This document shows, in pieces, positions 23,212 to 24,000 of a stretch of DNA of 24,000 bases. This stretch comes from an uncultured Eubacteriales bacterium (GTDB lineage: Bacteria > Bacillota > Clostridia > Monoglobales > Monoglobaceae). Every line of letters starts with the position of its first letter. Positions within the stretch are counted from its first letter, which is position 1. Below the pieces are notes generated by a model. It ran no database searches. It saw only the letters and a list, made by a program, of their open reading frames with translations, and was not told the origin of the DNA. The stretch covers positions 1 to 24,000 of the forward strand of contig CAJLFL010000001.1 in the NCBI GenBank assembly GCA_905205855.1, written 5' to 3'. The translations under genes and the position numbers were made by a program.

Positions 23212-24000
23212 TTGAGAAGAATTTGCATACTGCTGATTCTTGCCGTAATATCGGGCTTGGGACAGAGCGTTTCCGCCGCAGAGGCGGAAACCTTCAGCCT
23301 GACGCCGTATATTGACAAGATTTCGGTTGATGTGGAAAATCCGGATAAAGACCCCATGCTGATGGTGGACGGACATTTGGACAGCGAATGGAGAAACAAA
23401 AAGGGTTCGCGTTTGCCGCAGACAATAACTATGGAGTTCGGAGGCAGGATGGCAAAGGTTTCTCGCCTGACTATCAACTGCGTAAACGCTGCGGATGACG
23501 GAATAAAGAACGTTGATGTGGATTACCGTGATGAAAACGGTCAGTGGAAGGCTTTGAGAAGAAGCATATCCATGAACCTTAAAACGGATAAGGGCAGCGG
23601 ATTGCTTGAGGCGACAAGTATGGACAGTAATCCGTCATTCGCCGGCGCTGTAAGAATCAGAATTAACGAGGCGCAGAATAAATCCGGTTCGTTTAATATT
23701 TCGGAAATAGGAATCTGGGGCACAGCAATAGAATACCCAAAGGGCAAGGCTGTTGCTCCGCAGATTGACGCAAAATGCGGAGAAATAGTTACCCTGCCGG
23801 AAACGGTGGAATGGGAGTCCGGCGGCGAAAAGCTGAAGGCTCCGGTAAGCTGGGAGCAAGGCTCGGTTCTGTGCCGCGAAGCCGGTATAACAGAGGTAGA
23901 GGGCAGCCTCGGCGGTGAGAGCGTTATTGCGAAAATCAATGTTTCGGATGAATCTGTTTTTACAAACCTTGCAGGTCATTGGAGCAGAACGACAGTCGAG
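23212..24000 (+). CDS. secreted surface protein (partial, continues off-window): discoidin-like domain, Ig-like (Big_4-type) domain, probable start of an SLH region
   Basis: Not in the ORF track because it has a TTG start and no stop in the window. I translated 263 codons by hand and found no stop. GGAGGAG lies 6 nt upstream of the TTG at 23212. Signal peptide RRICILLILAVISGLGQSVSA. Motifs VDGHLDSEWRNK...FNISEIGIWG, LPETVEWESGGEKLKAPVSWE and FTNLAGHWS. Confidence 0.75.
   Translation, partial: MRRICILLILAVISGLGQSVSAAEAETFSLTPYIDKISVDVENPDKDPMLMVDGHLDSEWRNKKGSRLPQTITMEFGGRMAKVSRLTINCVNAADDGIKNVDVDYRDENGQWKALRRSISMNLKTDKGSGLLEATSMDSNPSFAGAVRIRINEAQNKSGSFNISEIGIWGTAIEYPKGKAVAPQIDAKCGEIVTLPETVEWESGGEKLKAPVSWEQGSVLCREAGITEVEGSLGGESVIAKINVSDESVFTNLAGHWSRTTVE

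Noticed and set aside
1-24000. A search for CRISPR repeats, tRNA/rRNA genes, IS elements with terminal inverted repeats, integrases, and toxin-antitoxin or defence genes.
   Set aside because: I saw no regularly spaced repeats, cloverleaf-like sequences, transposase or recombinase motifs, or defence-type domains (nuclease, helicase, methylase, RT, TIR, SIR2) in any frame. This rests on inspection by eye only.

Overview
This looks like a Clostridia-type (Firmicutes) chromosomal segment: strong GGAGG-like ribosome-binding sites (RBSs), SLH-domain surface proteins and tightly packed operons. I found no rRNA, tRNA, CRISPR array, transposase, integrase or phage genes, and no recognisable defence system.

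Layout:
- 1-3050: the 3' end of a sugar-phosphate isomerase/epimerase gene, a 4Fe-4S protein, a YfcE-like metallophosphoesterase, and three small uncharacterised proteins.
- 3048-9647, minus strand: an eight-gene operon. It runs BCAT (ilvE), cysteine-free P-loop NTPase, a four-subunit VOR-type 2-oxoacid:ferredoxin oxidoreductase (delta, alpha, beta, gamma), an XRE-cupin regulator, then an AMP-forming acyl-CoA ligase.
- 9686-10080: a strongly promoted, Ile-rich 91-codon ORF and an intrinsic terminator sit directly upstream of that operon.
- 10307-11686: an SLH-anchored M15 peptidoglycan peptidase.
- 11769-24000: a glycan-utilisation locus. It holds a divergent DUF4091/GH123-like gene with a structured 5' leader, a cytoplasmic beta-helix glycosidase, an LplABC-like ABC importer with two binding lipoproteins, and two secreted multi-discoidin proteins without catalytic domains. 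The second of these is missing from the ORF track.

Most noteworthy:
- A possible leader-peptide-style attenuator in front of the ilvE-vor-acs operon, which appears to have no promoter of its own.
- The gene content of that operon implies amino-acid synthesis from short branched-chain or aryl acids by reductive carboxylation.
- An in-frame TAG truncates the embedded regulator.
- An unclassified ~100-nt structured leader begins at the predicted transcription start of the GH123-like gene.

Nothing here can be called a novel system from sequence inspection alone. All functional calls rest on motif recognition, not on database searches.
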